From contig OZ316892.1 of assembly GCA_973895155.1 (NCBI GenBank), positions 20,895,619 through 20,959,618 on the forward strand: a stretch of 64,000 nucleotides of DNA, written 5' to 3'. The position numbers were made by a program, and so were the translations under genes. Origin of the DNA: Marsupella aquatica (taxonomy: Eukaryota > Plantae > Marchantiophyta). The notes beneath the pieces were generated by a model, which was not told where the DNA came from, ran no database searches, and was given only the letters and a program-made list of their open reading frames with translations. Of this stretch, positions 25,956 through 38,845 are shown one piece after another (within the stretch, counting starts at the first letter, position 1; each line of letters starts with the position of its first letter).

Positions 25956-28712
25956 ACCAACAAGAGTCATTAGATACATGTGTTGGTGTCATTGAGGATC
26001 AGACACCAACAAAATAGGGCCTTAAATAGTATCATACAACCCTACTCTATACACTTTGTTTACAAGTACCCCAAATCCAAAAAATGCTAGAGAATAAAAA
26101 TTTCCAGTCTCCCCAAATAGTTAGCGTTGGCGAGGAAGGCCATGATGAAAACTACTAATTCAAAATTTTTGCCACCAACTAGCTCGATCATGCCCCACCC
26201 ACCGACAAGGTTATTACTTGGCTTAGGACATGTTCATGAGCGCAATACATGCCTATACATGGGATGGCTATCCTGGAGCCAAATTCTTAGTCTAAGCCAC
26301 GTAGACCACATAAAATCACCTGCCCAGCTAGGTTTCCTGGCCTAGCACATTGTTGTGGCTAGCTACTTTTAGCTGTATGCTTGTGTTAACCAATATCAAC
26401 TTATCTTATTCACTTTCAGAGCCCCTCCAGCAGGTACATGTACAGATGTCAAGGACATGGCTTATGGATCTCAGAACGAGGTAAAACTGTTGATTTATAC
26501 CTCCTTTACACCATGTTTACACCTTGTGTACAGGGTCTGTAAGTCACGACGTGCACCCTTATATATCAGGTTTGGAATCAACCCTTACAGTCACTTCAAA
26601 GGTCATCCAAACTGACTCAGGTGTCAAGCTGACCTGCAAGCTGGGTTCTAAAACCAAGGTTTACACTGGTTTATTGTCTCTTTACAGGTCCATAAGGAGA
26701 GTCGGATAGTGTAAAACGTATATTGTTACTTCCCTTTATATTTTCAAAATCTCCACTCGCAAGAAATGCCGCGCTCAAGGCTTTGGTGCTTCCAGACCTT
26801 CTAGCTCTCTCGCTACGGATCGAGCTTCATGCAACTGCGTCCTATTGTCCTTCGCGGCTTCTTGATTCAAACGACAAATTTTAGGGTGGGTTTGATTCTA
26901 ATCAACTAGCTGTAGTTGCAACTGCCAGTGTCCGCCGACTGAGCCCTTATCGCTAGTTTGCAATTGCATTGAACTTTCCCTTGTGTTTTCTCTAGACAGC
27001 CCCTGCCATCCACTTTGATTTTTCCCGTACATCTTCTCTCCGATAATATATACTCCACTTGAAGAGGGGAGAAAATTTTGATATTCAATGTATATCATGC
27101 TTTGGATCAAATAGCAGCATCATGATTCCTCGATCCTCGAAATGATCACCCAATGTTTGTCAATGTTTGGTCACATTCGGCCGGTGGCAATCGACATGTC
27201 AGTAGATTTTGGGATCCCTCGCTGTATTATTAATGATCTGAAGGAGGAGACTCGATCCTAAATGCCAAGATCTTTGGAATGTTTTTGCTGGCCGGCAAAG
27301 AGCGTCACGTCGTAAATGCTGTTGTATTTCCCTTTTGCAATACAGTCTTTTTCAAGTCTTTCTTCTCTGAGGCAGTCATCTTTTAATGCCCTTCATTGTA
27401 GGCACAATGTTGTGATTATCATGAACGCAATATGTGGTTGATCACAGTAGCCTCTCAGACTTTACCCTCGCAAGTGGTCCTTTTTTATCTGCGCTTGAAT
27501 GGTTTGTTTTATGAACATATCGCAATGAATGAGCTGCCAAATTTCCGTCCACAGGCGCTTTAGGGTGAGATAGGCCGTTTAATTTAGATCAATAATAGCT
27601 TCTACGGCATTTGAGAATCAAATCTTACCGTCTTCTGTTGGTTATGTTGTAGATATTGAATGTCAGAGAGGGACTGATGGCTTGTGGGGTCGCCACCAGC
27701 TTGCAAGACGGGGTAGCACTGGCTAGCAAAGTTCAGCATTCTGGAAAAGCCAATAATTTGCTGGATGCGTGGATTTCAGTTTTAGCTGTCACTTAATTCC
27801 CTTCAAATTAGTCGATCATATAGAGGGTACGTATTGACAATGGCTGTTTCCTAATACATGAATGATGTAATGCTAGAGTATTCATGGATCATTAAAAAAT
27901 CAGGAGTAAGTTTTCCGGGTTAGTTTGTACCTTCAAAATCTTTTGATGAAGGATTTGTACGCTCAGAATCTGATGTTCACTGCTAGAGAATTAATGAACT
28001 TCAGCCAATCTGAAGTGTTGCAAATCTTAAACTGATCGGCAGGAGCTTGCAAGTCCAAGATCACAATTTTGCTTTATCTTATTATTTTGAGTAGGTAGCA
28101 AATGTCCTTAATTTGCCAATCTTGTCGTCATGCACAGAAATTGTATCGGGGGGAGTTGATTCAGTCAATGATGTGAGGGTTCGAGGCAAGAATCCTCAGC
28201 TTCTCAATGCAAAACGTGATCTGGAAGAACTCTCCTGGAGCTAGGGATAGGCATCGAATCTATCACAGAACACGAGCGGAGCAAATACATATGGGCTGAA
28301 ATGAGATTCAGGGTTGCAATTCAGCATTTTGGCAAATTTCAAGTTAATTATCTTTAGCATTGGGACCAACGATTATAAACAAAAATAATAATAAGGCTGT
28401 AGTTTGCAAGTAGCTACAATCTTAAGCTGCAAGACAGCGAATTGAGGAATTTGTTTAACTTTTTCTTGCAACGGAATACAGGGCTTTTGGCATGCAATAG
28501 CACAGTATGTCCTAGTGCACAATGGTGCGCCCTAGGATACAGTCCTGGAGTGATTTAGGCTAGCGGGAGGGCTAGGGCAGAAAAATGTGAAATTCCCACT
28601 TACTTTAAGGCCAGCCGAAAGCCTCTCTGATGGGCTTGTTACTTTCATGTCTGTAAGAAAATTGGTGTCATCAATAGATGCTTCAAAAACGGAAGTACAA
28701 ATGAATAGTTGT

Positions 28713-31083
28713 TGTGACGCCAATGACATGGTCCTTATTTTGTAATCTGATTAAGTAGGTTGCTGTATGCAAGGAGTAGCTATTGATATTACATAACAAT
28801 TAGCAAGATGGCAAGAATAAGGGCAATCATGGCGTTAAGAGTAGGGAAATAAAAACTATGTCGCGGGTGGTCGATGACCATATCTCTTTCAATATGTCAC
28901 CAAATCCGGATCTGTAAAGAGCATTGGAAAGATCTGGTCAAGGCGAGTAAAATCGATATAAAACACTTGGGAAACGGAGGTGTATTAAGAGAGATACGGC
29001 CTGATTAGTGTGACGGGTTAACTTATGGCCGAAATTAGCGGATTCGGCTTCAGTTTCGGGTTAACCCAAGCTCGACCACGGCTTAGCTTATGTGAGCACG
29101 GCTTCAGCTTAGCTCAGGTAAGCACGGCTTCAGCTTAGGCTTAACCTAGGTTCGGATTAGATTGAACTCGGGTTAGCCTAAACTCGGGCTCAGGTTAGCA
29201 TAGGTAAGCTCGGGTTCGGGCTCAGCTTAGGCTAGGTTAGCGGGTAGCGGCCTAACCCGAGACCACGGGTTAGCTCTACTCGGGTTAGATAGGATAGCTA
29301 GGTTAGCCGAACTCGGGTTAGCTATGTAACCCGGGTTAGCGCAGCAGTGAGTACCCCCTCTCGGTTGCGGGGGCATAACTCTCTGTGTATTTGACCAAAT
29401 CAGCTATAATTGACCTCGTTGGAAAGAGGAGCTCAAGCCGCTTCCAACGCTGCTATCCACGCAGCAAATGGTTGAATACAGAAATCGGGAGAGGAGGCGT
29501 AAGCTCGCGAAAACCATGGAGGAGGGCCAAATCCGAAGTACATAGCCAATTCGAGATAGAAATAAAGCTGCGAGTTAGGGTTCAGTAGTTAGAGATAGTG
29601 GCGGCTCTGTTAGGGCTGGGATGGGGCTCCAGCAGCGTAGTACCCAGCCATTTGGGCTCAGTATGAGAGTATATAGAGCAGCCCCCCGGTAGAGATGGGG
29701 GGGGGACTTCAGTTGTGTGATCTCACTTAGACTGAGCAGCAGGGAGGAGCTCTGTGCAAGCAAGGCTGGACTTGGACGCTGCGTGTTGGGGAGAGCTTGG
29801 TTGTGCTATTACTCAGGGAGTAATCAACCAAGCTTCACAGCAACGGGTTGCTAGGTTTGCGAGCTGGATTGTGGCTCTTTCTAGTGAGTAGCACAACTGG
29901 GTTCTTTTCCCCCGATACAGAGCCTTGGTGATAGGTGATGTATTGGTGATTGTAAACTGTGGGGAGGATGTCAATTTGATTTGTGGTGAGCACATTAGGG
30001 AGGCTGAGACACTGATTGAGGGGCAGCAGGAGGAGCATTTACAGTTCAGTCTGGCAAGGCTACGTGATCCATGGGGAGTCCCGGCCTTTGTCTGGTGGAG
30101 AGCACTAAGGGATCTATGGCCAGAGCGGAGCTTGCAGGGCAAGCGTGAGGCCGGGCCTCATTGCAGTCTGGGGTAGATCGCCGTTAGGCCTGGTACCAGC
30201 TTTGAAGTCGAGTCAACTATGTATGCGTAACTTGACGTTCTGAATTGGAGGTGTGAGATCTGTATGTGCCCCCAAGAATGAAGTGCAGTGAAGGAGGTTG
30301 AGTTCAGGATTGAGTTTGCAAGGCAAGTACGGGATTGGTTTGAGTCCAATATGCCGTCGCAATCTGGAGTGAGCCGGGCTCAGGTTCAGGATTGAGCTTG
30401 CATGGCAAGCATGGGGCTTGCGGGGCAAGCATGTTGCAATCTGGAGTAGACAACCTTCGGGCCTATTGTTCGGATCAAGTGTTCTTAGTGAACTATTGTG
30501 CACATCGTTGAATCTAATTGAGTTTTCCTCTCAGGCCTCATTTCTCTCATGGATGTGTGTGTGTGTGAGGCAATCTAAGTGTATGATGGGACTAGCAGCG
30601 CCACTGAGAGGTGTACAGGGTGCATTGAAGCGGGCTAGGTGAGGACTGTCATAGCTCTGATTGCTGAGAGTGGAATGGCAGAGTGGTGGGGCAATGGCTT
30701 AGAAGTCCCTAAGCCGGGAATCAGTCAAGAGTCACTGGTTTATGGGTACATTCCGGCGGCGGAATAGAAACATACCTATGACAGTAAGCATACGTATAGA
30801 CCTATGCGCACCATAGCGCTAGGCCCTGTGTGTACGGGCCCGATATGAAGACTCCTTCTCACCAGAACTATCATGAGCGCGGATCTGATTCCCAACCTTG
30901 GTTCTTAGGGATTGAGCTTGGGTGATGTGTGACGGAGTCTTGTTATGATAGTCTGGTGTTAAGGGCATAAATTGGTGTTTACCGGCCTTCACAGCATCCC
31001 TTCGTGATCCTCAGGTACAAGGAGATGGTTTTGGCACCCATAGTGACGTCTTTGGTGTTAAGACCCATGTCAATCGCGTGACA
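28713..31083. mobile_element. Solo LTR (~2.37 kb), TSD GTTGT
   Basis: Starts TGTGACGC, ends GCGTGACA (7/8 inverted match); GTTGT at 28708-28712 and 31084-31088; internal GGGTTAG/CTCGG-rich short repeats at 29040-29340; no gag/pol, no adjacent PBS. Confidence 0.85.
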
Positions 31084-34000
31084 GTTGTCACATAAAAAAA
31101 ATTATCTCACAAAAGCAGTTGCTCCTGTATCACTATTTGATTGCCACATGCACCGGCTTGATCTGTTCAATTCAACGTGTCAGTCTGTGGCAAGATCAAT
31201 TTGGTGCATGTGTGAGTTTTGTACATAGGTGGACAAGCTCTTTTTGCTGTGAACTCGACCCCAAATGCCAAGATTCCGCAATGTTCTTGCTGGAGAAGAG
31301 GATCATGCCGCAAATGCCTTTGGTATGTACCTTCTCAAAGCCATTTTGGGGTTCTTCTCCTGGATTACAATCATTGTTGAATGCCCTTTATTGTAGACAC
31401 TGTTATAGTCATCATGAACTGAGGATTTGGTGGATCAGAGCAGCTTTCCGTTCTTTACCCTTTTCTAAACTTTAATGATTTGTAAATATATCTTGACCAA
31501 TCAACTGACTCCTTTCCCTTTGCGGGCGCTTTTGTAGTATCCGAATTATAGAATGACGTTATAGTAGGTAATATAGAAGTATGAATTTTGAAATATTATC
31601 AATATTTCTATGGCATTTGAGAAACATACCGTTTTGTTGGTTATGTTGTAGATATTAAATCATGCTGGAGCGGGATTGATGGCTTGGGGTACGGTTTGTG
31701 GGGTTTCTTTCATTAGTCATGTGTAGTGTATCACCACTGTTTCATGATTCACTTATAATGTGAGTCTAAAGTTTTTGGGCATTCAAGGAGAAAAATAAGC
31801 AGCAAGTTGTAGCTTCAAAATCTGCTGATTGAAGGATGTGCACAGTAAAATTGTACCCAATGGCAGCTCTCAAAACTCTTGGGACAAAGCTTTAAATGTC
31901 GTGTCTATTTGCTCCATAAGATCTCATCTGATGGGCTCTCTCTCTGCTGGCCACTAATATTGTAGAGACATCTCTCTATATCCCAGGGATCCAATTTGTG
32001 ATAGATTCACTGTTTGTGACAGTGCCAGAAATCAAGCGATGTAGTAAGCCAATGTAGTCTTGCAGCTAAAAGCTCTTGGAACTGACAATGTTCTTAGTTT
32101 TGACTTCATGGATAAGCCCTCAAGGTGAACTCCAGGGCAGCCATGGTAAAGTTTTTGGAGCATCTCTACAGCCTAGGGCACTTACGATGAAGAGAAGCTA
32201 TCAGATTCTTTGGGAATTCAAATGGCACGGTTTACATTGAAATTTTTGCTCTATAGATTGTAGTTGTCGGGGACTGTGGATTGAAATTGAATAGCTAGGT
32301 AGCTAGTGTGAGAGCATCTACTCAATAATTGGGATGGTAACCGTGAGTTCACTAAATTCTGTTGATTTTATTTTTTCATCATTCTCTATCTTTAGTTCAT
32401 GTTATTCCTCCTGGATGGCTAAGGTTTGATTTGAGTATATTAACCAACTTCATCTTTGACTGTTGCATGGTGCTTTGCCTATAAAGACAGGAAGGACACA
32501 ACTTTTTATGTGAAATTCTGACAAGGACTCATAAGTACTTGCATATGCTTTGTGTTTAATATTTTTCTTTGTACTTGCTGGCAGTGCTATATTTTAAGTG
32601 AATGTGTCAAAGGGCATGAGGCTACAAGGTAGCACTGGTAGCTGTGCCACCTAGAAAAGGTGCTTTCCCTTCTCCAATCTAGTGACCTAGCTTTAGGTCT
32701 GACTGAGGTTTTGTACAAAATTGATGTGGCAAACTATTGCATTCCTGCTTTTATTAATCAACAAGTAGAAAGGCCCAGAGTTCAATAAGAAGAAATAGCT
32801 TTCACCCTACCAGTCTCGTCTTCAAGTATATATGACATGCTTCGGTGGAATGAGATTTATCTGACTTCTGTCATACAGATAATTGAACATTAGACCATGG
32901 TCGATGATTGGTATATATGCACCGTCAAAACTCTCGTTTGACATTGTGGGTGGGTAGTGTTGGGTACACCAGGAATAGGGGAATAAAGCCAGGAGAAGAA
33001 ACAGGGATGGATGAAACCTTTGCTAGTTGCTGGAATCAATCGTGTCTTCAAGTAAGTTTTCCTGCTTGTGGTATTTTCACAGTCATGTTTTAATTGTGGC
33101 AGGATTGGTCCAATGAATATGTCCAAACTGCAGTACTAAAATTTATGTTGCAGATAGTGACTGTCAAAGGATCTTGCAGAGCTGATAATATATTGCAAGG
33201 ACTCTAACAAGGACACATTTCCGTGTAGTTCCCAGTATCATGAAGCTATCAACTATCAAGTATTATTTATTACTAACAGACTTCATCGTTGACTGTTGAC
33301 TTGGTTATTTGCCTCTAAAGCCAGGAAGGACACAACTTTTTATGTGAAATTCTGACAGGGACACATGTTTTGATAAGCTTTGCTTTAAATTGCTACTTTT
33401 TACTAACTTGTTGGCATGCAATGGTATATTTAAAGTGAATGTGTCAATGTACTTGCAGGAACGAGGTACCATTGGTCCCTGTGCTACCCTAGAAAAATGT
33501 GTATTGATTCCCTTCTCCAAATTTATTTATGGGCCCTGGTCCCTTTGCTGGGTGCACTTCTGATTGGTAATAGATCCTCTCTATGACTAGTACCTGGACG
33601 GAAGTGATTAAGTTGTCGGTACTCTGTTCCTGTATGTTCAACTTTGGTGACAAGAGGCTATTTTTGAGAGGCCTTCTGCACTTCTCAGTTATCTGGCATC
33701 TTTATTTAGAATTTTAATGTTGGTTGTGCTCTCCCCAAAGATGCTTCGACCTGAAGATTGGAACGATATGTCATCTCATGATGGGAATAACAATATTCTA
33801 CTTGTTAACGTGGCTAGTTCTTGATGACAATAAGGCTTACCAATGCGTCGTTGGGATGAGCTCTACTCTGGAATTAACATTTTTGTTACCGCTAGGGTAG
33901 GATGGAGTTGGAGAATGCTGACAATGGAGAGCTGCAGAAGTTTTGCAATCTACAAGGGGCGTCAAAGACTGGTCGGTAGGTAATTCTTAGATGAATATGT

Positions 34001-36079
34001 AACAAGTACCTACCTCTCAAATGATGCCCACAGTACACAATCAATGGATTTTTGGTTCACTGCATTGTGGAATTCTAGATGGGCCAAGAAACAGTTTATG
34101 TAGGCTTGATAGATGTAGGTTTTGTAGAATGAGTGACAACTTTGTTTTTCTGTAGACATTAAAAGTTGTTATGTATTTCAAATTGTAACATTCAATCCAT
34201 CTGATAATACTATTTGTATGTTTTTCTTCAATGACATTTTGTTTCATAAATTTGTATTGAGTTGAATAACTATTGCTTGACTTAAATGCATGTACCTTGG
34301 ATGAAGAGAATGTCTATTATTAGTAATGACATTTTGTAACTTTTATTCAGCAAATCTATTGGATTAGTATCCTGCATGACTCTTGAATGACACAAACAAT
34401 GACATAATGAATGGTCACTTCATACACATTTGTTTGTGTCCAATATGACCACTTAAATTTGTTTAACTCAAGTCATTTAAAATATGACCTGAATGACCCA
34501 CAAAATGACATATAAAATGACTTATTTCATGGTCATTATGAACATCTGTATTTATGTCCAATATGACTCGTCTCAAGTCATTCAAGACATATATGTATTT
34601 CCATGTGTCTACTCTCAATTCAGCCACATGCCCCCATATGACTTGTCTCTAAGTAGGTCATTTTGGACAAGTCCAAAATGACCCAAACCTATTGTCCCAT
34701 GGTGAATACCATTTGAGTCATGTGTCACTACTTGATTTGTTACATACTATGCATCATTTTGGACTTGTCCAAAATGACAATTGACCTATGTTCTTTAACT
34801 GCCACATGGCATTGTATAATTGGGTACGGAGACTATTGACGGTGAAAGATGATTGACCGTTGACGGTGATTTTTTTGGTCATTTCACACCGTTCACCATT
34901 TATGACCAAATCGTAAGTTAAGTCATTTCGGACAACATGAAATGACCACACATTTTTTGCGTCATTTGTCCAAAAAGACCGTGATGTAAATGTCCAATGC
35001 AACGCGTCTGGACAGATGGAAACGGATGCGTCATTGTTTTGATAAAAAGACCATGTGGGTAGTCATTGTTGCGGTCATAAACAACCATGTTTTCTACTAG
35101 TGTAATACGCCTGCCTAGCTGTATGTTTGGTCGCGTTTCACAGGACTTGGCAAGGAAATGATAATCATTTCCAATATTATTTTTATGTTTCTCATATTTA
35201 TGTAATAATATATACTAAGTGCGTGATGACCCCCCCCCCCCCTAAAGAAAAGAAAATAGAGTTTTAAAAAGCAAAATGACCCCTGCCTCACCCAATGCTT
35301 TTGTGTCCCTCCTCTTCAAAAACCCTTATAACTTCACCTTAAAAGCAGGAAAATGTGTTAAAAACTCTCCCCTTGTAAGTCATCATGATGTGACATAAAG
35401 TGTGCCAATGGTCCATATAACTGGCAATATAAGGGCCTAGATCCAACATTTGAAACATGTGGCACATGGCACTGACAAAGTATTGTAGACATTATTATGG
35501 GCCCTGTTTTAGGCCCCTCATCACAAGTTCAGCCATACAGCAACCTCTATAAGATTCAATGTATGTAAGGAAAGCTCCCACAAGTTCAGCCAATGCCTTC
35601 AGAAAATGAAAACTCAGATTTATGTTAGGGGAAGGGTGAGAAATTTAGAACAGAAGGAGACAAAGTCTTTTTTTATTTGATTTATTTTGCCGCATATTTA
35701 CTCCATTAAAACGTGCCCAAGTACACAAAGTGTCCGCCATGTCTCCCAAGAGAAAAACTCCGCGTCTCTCTAAAATGAACGTCTCCGCTTCCGTAGAGTC
35801 AACGTCCCCGTAAAATCAACGTCTCCCAAAACTCGGCCCTAAACTCCGGGTCTCCCTTCTGGATCCTCTACTTGCATTCACTTTGCGCCCCACGATAATG
35901 TACTTATCTAGTGACCCCTCTGCACAATTTGTCGAGTGTTCTGCAGTCCAGCTTGTCATTTGATTCGCAACCATTGCAGATCGGTATTTGTCCCTTCCTG
36001 AGTAGTGCTTGCGCCCGGCTGAGTGCCTGCCCTTCACCACTATTGTTTGGATTTCTGCTGGGCGGCTCTTTTCAGAGAC

Positions 36080-36777
36080 ATGGCCACACTTAAAGATGTC
36101 GTTGGCTGCTGCAATGCTGGAGAAACGAGGACCTTCCCATCGATGAGGGTTTTTGTGGTCAATTTTGATGCTCCAATCAATTTTCTGCGGAAGTTTCTAT
36201 ACCATGGATGCACTCGCTTCGTGACACCTGGGTGGATGTGTAATCGCATTGTTGAAGGGTCAAGTCGATGTCCCCATAATTCGGTTGTTGCTGGGACCTG
36301 GACAAAAAGGTATCATTTTGAGGTGTTCCTGGTTGACTCTACTATCGGGCCACACTTCCCTCCAGTGCAAGCTAAGATATTTGATGCAGCGACTGATCTC
36401 ATAGGGATGCCTCCGCAGGATTTTAGCGAGAAGGAAGACTTTGTCCAGTTTGCTACTGTCCATAGAGCTACAGCAAAGATGGAATCTGTGGACGTAGTGA
36501 TCCGCTGCAAAGACGGTGAGGCCATTATTTGTCACCTGTAAGCGATGACGACTGTGAGATCTTGCATTCTGTGGTGCCTACTTTTGTCACTCCACGGAAG
36601 ACGAAGTTGAAGACAGACAGTGTACCTTCAAGTTATCATACTGCACGAGGGAGGCATACAACAGAATCTTCAAGATCATCTATTAATGCTTCAGACCCGG
36701 CCACGGAGTCGCAGCTTAGTTCTGTTAGATGTAGATTGCAGGACCTGCTTGATAGTTTGGATGCAACTCATATCTGA
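36080..36777 (+). pseudogene. RPA70 C-terminal-like OB-fold (Zn-ribbon) ssDNA-binding protein
   Basis: ATG 36080; FLYHGC..CNRIV..CPH..RYHFEVFLVDST..AKIFDAATDLIGMPPQDF fits the Rep_fac-A_C pattern. Stop at 36541 with a possible continuation in frame 36529-36777. Confidence 0.7.
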
Positions 36778-38845
36778 TGTGACCAGATGCAAGCACAACG
36801 TACGACGGTTTGGCATTTTGGGCAGGAGTCTTTTAGTTTGTAAGGTTCCTACAGGCCATGCAATGACCTGCCATTTTGGTTTGATATGGCATAACGTGTA
36901 TGCTTGGTTTGTGGGGCAAGTGGGACCAGAATGTATGTATGTGAATGGTCGACTTATTTTCAATGTGCAATAAAGGGGGGCTCGGACCTGCATCTGTTAA
37001 ATGAAGGTTGTGATGTCCACGATGCGTTTGTTAAAACGTACCAGAAAGTAATTGGGTGTTAATCGGCTGGTGTTTAATCGATGAATGGGTCTCGGCAATT
37101 TTTCATTTTGCAATTTGTGCGCAATTTCTCAAGGAAAACTTCCAACTTCAAACTCTAATACAGGACAGCAAGTAGAACTCAGCCACTATAGCGCTTTTGC
37201 GGATCGCAGCGACATCATGTAGTGGGTCATCATAGTTCATGGAGAATTGGGTAAGGGCCCCTCCCCAATCTCCGGACATCAACAGACCAAAAAAACAGAG
37301 AAACACCTGAAACTCATTGGGCGGATCCGCGGCTCCATCGATCCCAATGACCAGGAAGGGAAAAAAAACACAAGCATACAGATAACCGTAAAAACAACGT
37401 GACCCCAAACAATATACTTATGGCAGATGTGTTCTTGTTCCAGTAGGTGTTCATTATATTTATGGAGAATTGATGGGTAATGTATGTAAATGAATAATGG
37501 AGTTCGCACTTTGAAGGCCGGGGCAACGCCTGCAACTCAATGAAGAAGTAAGTAATCATGAAAAAATAGACGATAACTTCCATATGCGTAAAATAGGTCG
37601 TAAAATTATCTTTTGTGACAACTTACCACTGCATACCGGTTGGCAAGGGGGGGTGGACAGCATACTGGCAACCTAGTTACCTGTCAAGGCAACCCGGGCG
37701 GTTGCCACAAAATAGGCATCGGCCTCGGACGATGCCACAACACCTTTGTTAGCATGGCGCTCATGATGTATATTGCTTCAACTGTAATCTCAAAGACTCA
37801 AAAAGTGTGGTCTGTTCTAAATATCCAAGTTCATTCTCATACTAACCTTATAACATTAGTGTTGGAACGAGCATAACCACAAATACCCCAAACATACCCC
37901 TCACATACCTCGCACATACCTCGCACCAGCAGAACAAACTACGTCACATCCGCTTCTTCACTTTCTCTGATATTAATGCTCTACCTGTTTCATATGACCT
38001 GCATAGCCTGCAAAACATTCCACATACCATATATAATTAATGATGCATGTTGCATGAAAATAGATCGCGGAGTCTGTATCATTGAACATCCAGATTCATA
38101 CCTGTTCCATCGATCAGAGCGCACCGGACACGAAGAAGATATATGGTTTAGTTGGTTTCTAAGGATCGGTGTACAGGGGGTGGCTGGCCAGCCTTGGGAT
38201 CGGTGAAATCGATGACGAGTTTCAAGGATGCGTAAATGGTACTATAGGATATTTACTAGACTTAAGCCCGGGCTAAGGAAGAAGTGGGTGGTAAAGGGTT
38301 AGGTAAGATCTGCTTTCGCTTTGAAGTATACGAGAACCCTGTATTTGACCTGCGAGCACATTTCAAACTCAAATCATAAGCAAAAACTATTGCAATCAAA
38401 AGAATTGACTCCGAGTGCTACCAATAATTTCTACCAAATCCAAAACACATTACAGGATATCGCACAAGGTGGCATGGGATTTGACAGAGAATTCTCCCAC
38501 GTAGTACGAAGATCCGCAGGTGGCCTGTGGACTTCCACGTTTTGGATGATGTTATCGGGCGCAAACGTGTAAAACTTATTCTGAAGTTGTCTGAGCTTGC
38601 ACAGAGGAGGATCGAACACTTAGAGTGGGAGGTGTGAGCTACGGTCAATGACCTCCACTCTTTAGTACCTTTTGGAATCGTTCCCGTGGAAATGATCCCT
38701 CTGAAACTGGAGGAAAATTGAGGCCAGCCTTATCTTCTTGGTATCCTATGTAGGGTATTTACCACATAGGCTTCTGATTGATCAGAAGGTCATCGCAGCT
38801 GGCGGCTTTACTTTCCCGAAGCGCAGGCTGCGCTAGTCTCCATGG

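Larger units (their letters stand above)
21871..35102 (+). mobile_element. Non-autonomous CACTA element (13.2 kb), TSD TAA
   Basis: Left TIR CACTAGAAGAAAACAGGGCCCTTTATGACC (21871-21900); right TIR revcomp CACTAGTAGAAAACATGGTTGTTTATGACC (35073-35102), 25/30 identical; TAA on both flanks; AAATGAC/GTCATT subterminal motifs at both ends; no transposase ORF inside. Confidence 0.95.

Noticed and set aside
38200-38845. Possible decayed minus-strand gene interrupted by the TIR element
   Set aside because: Could not build a consistent frame or recognise a domain.
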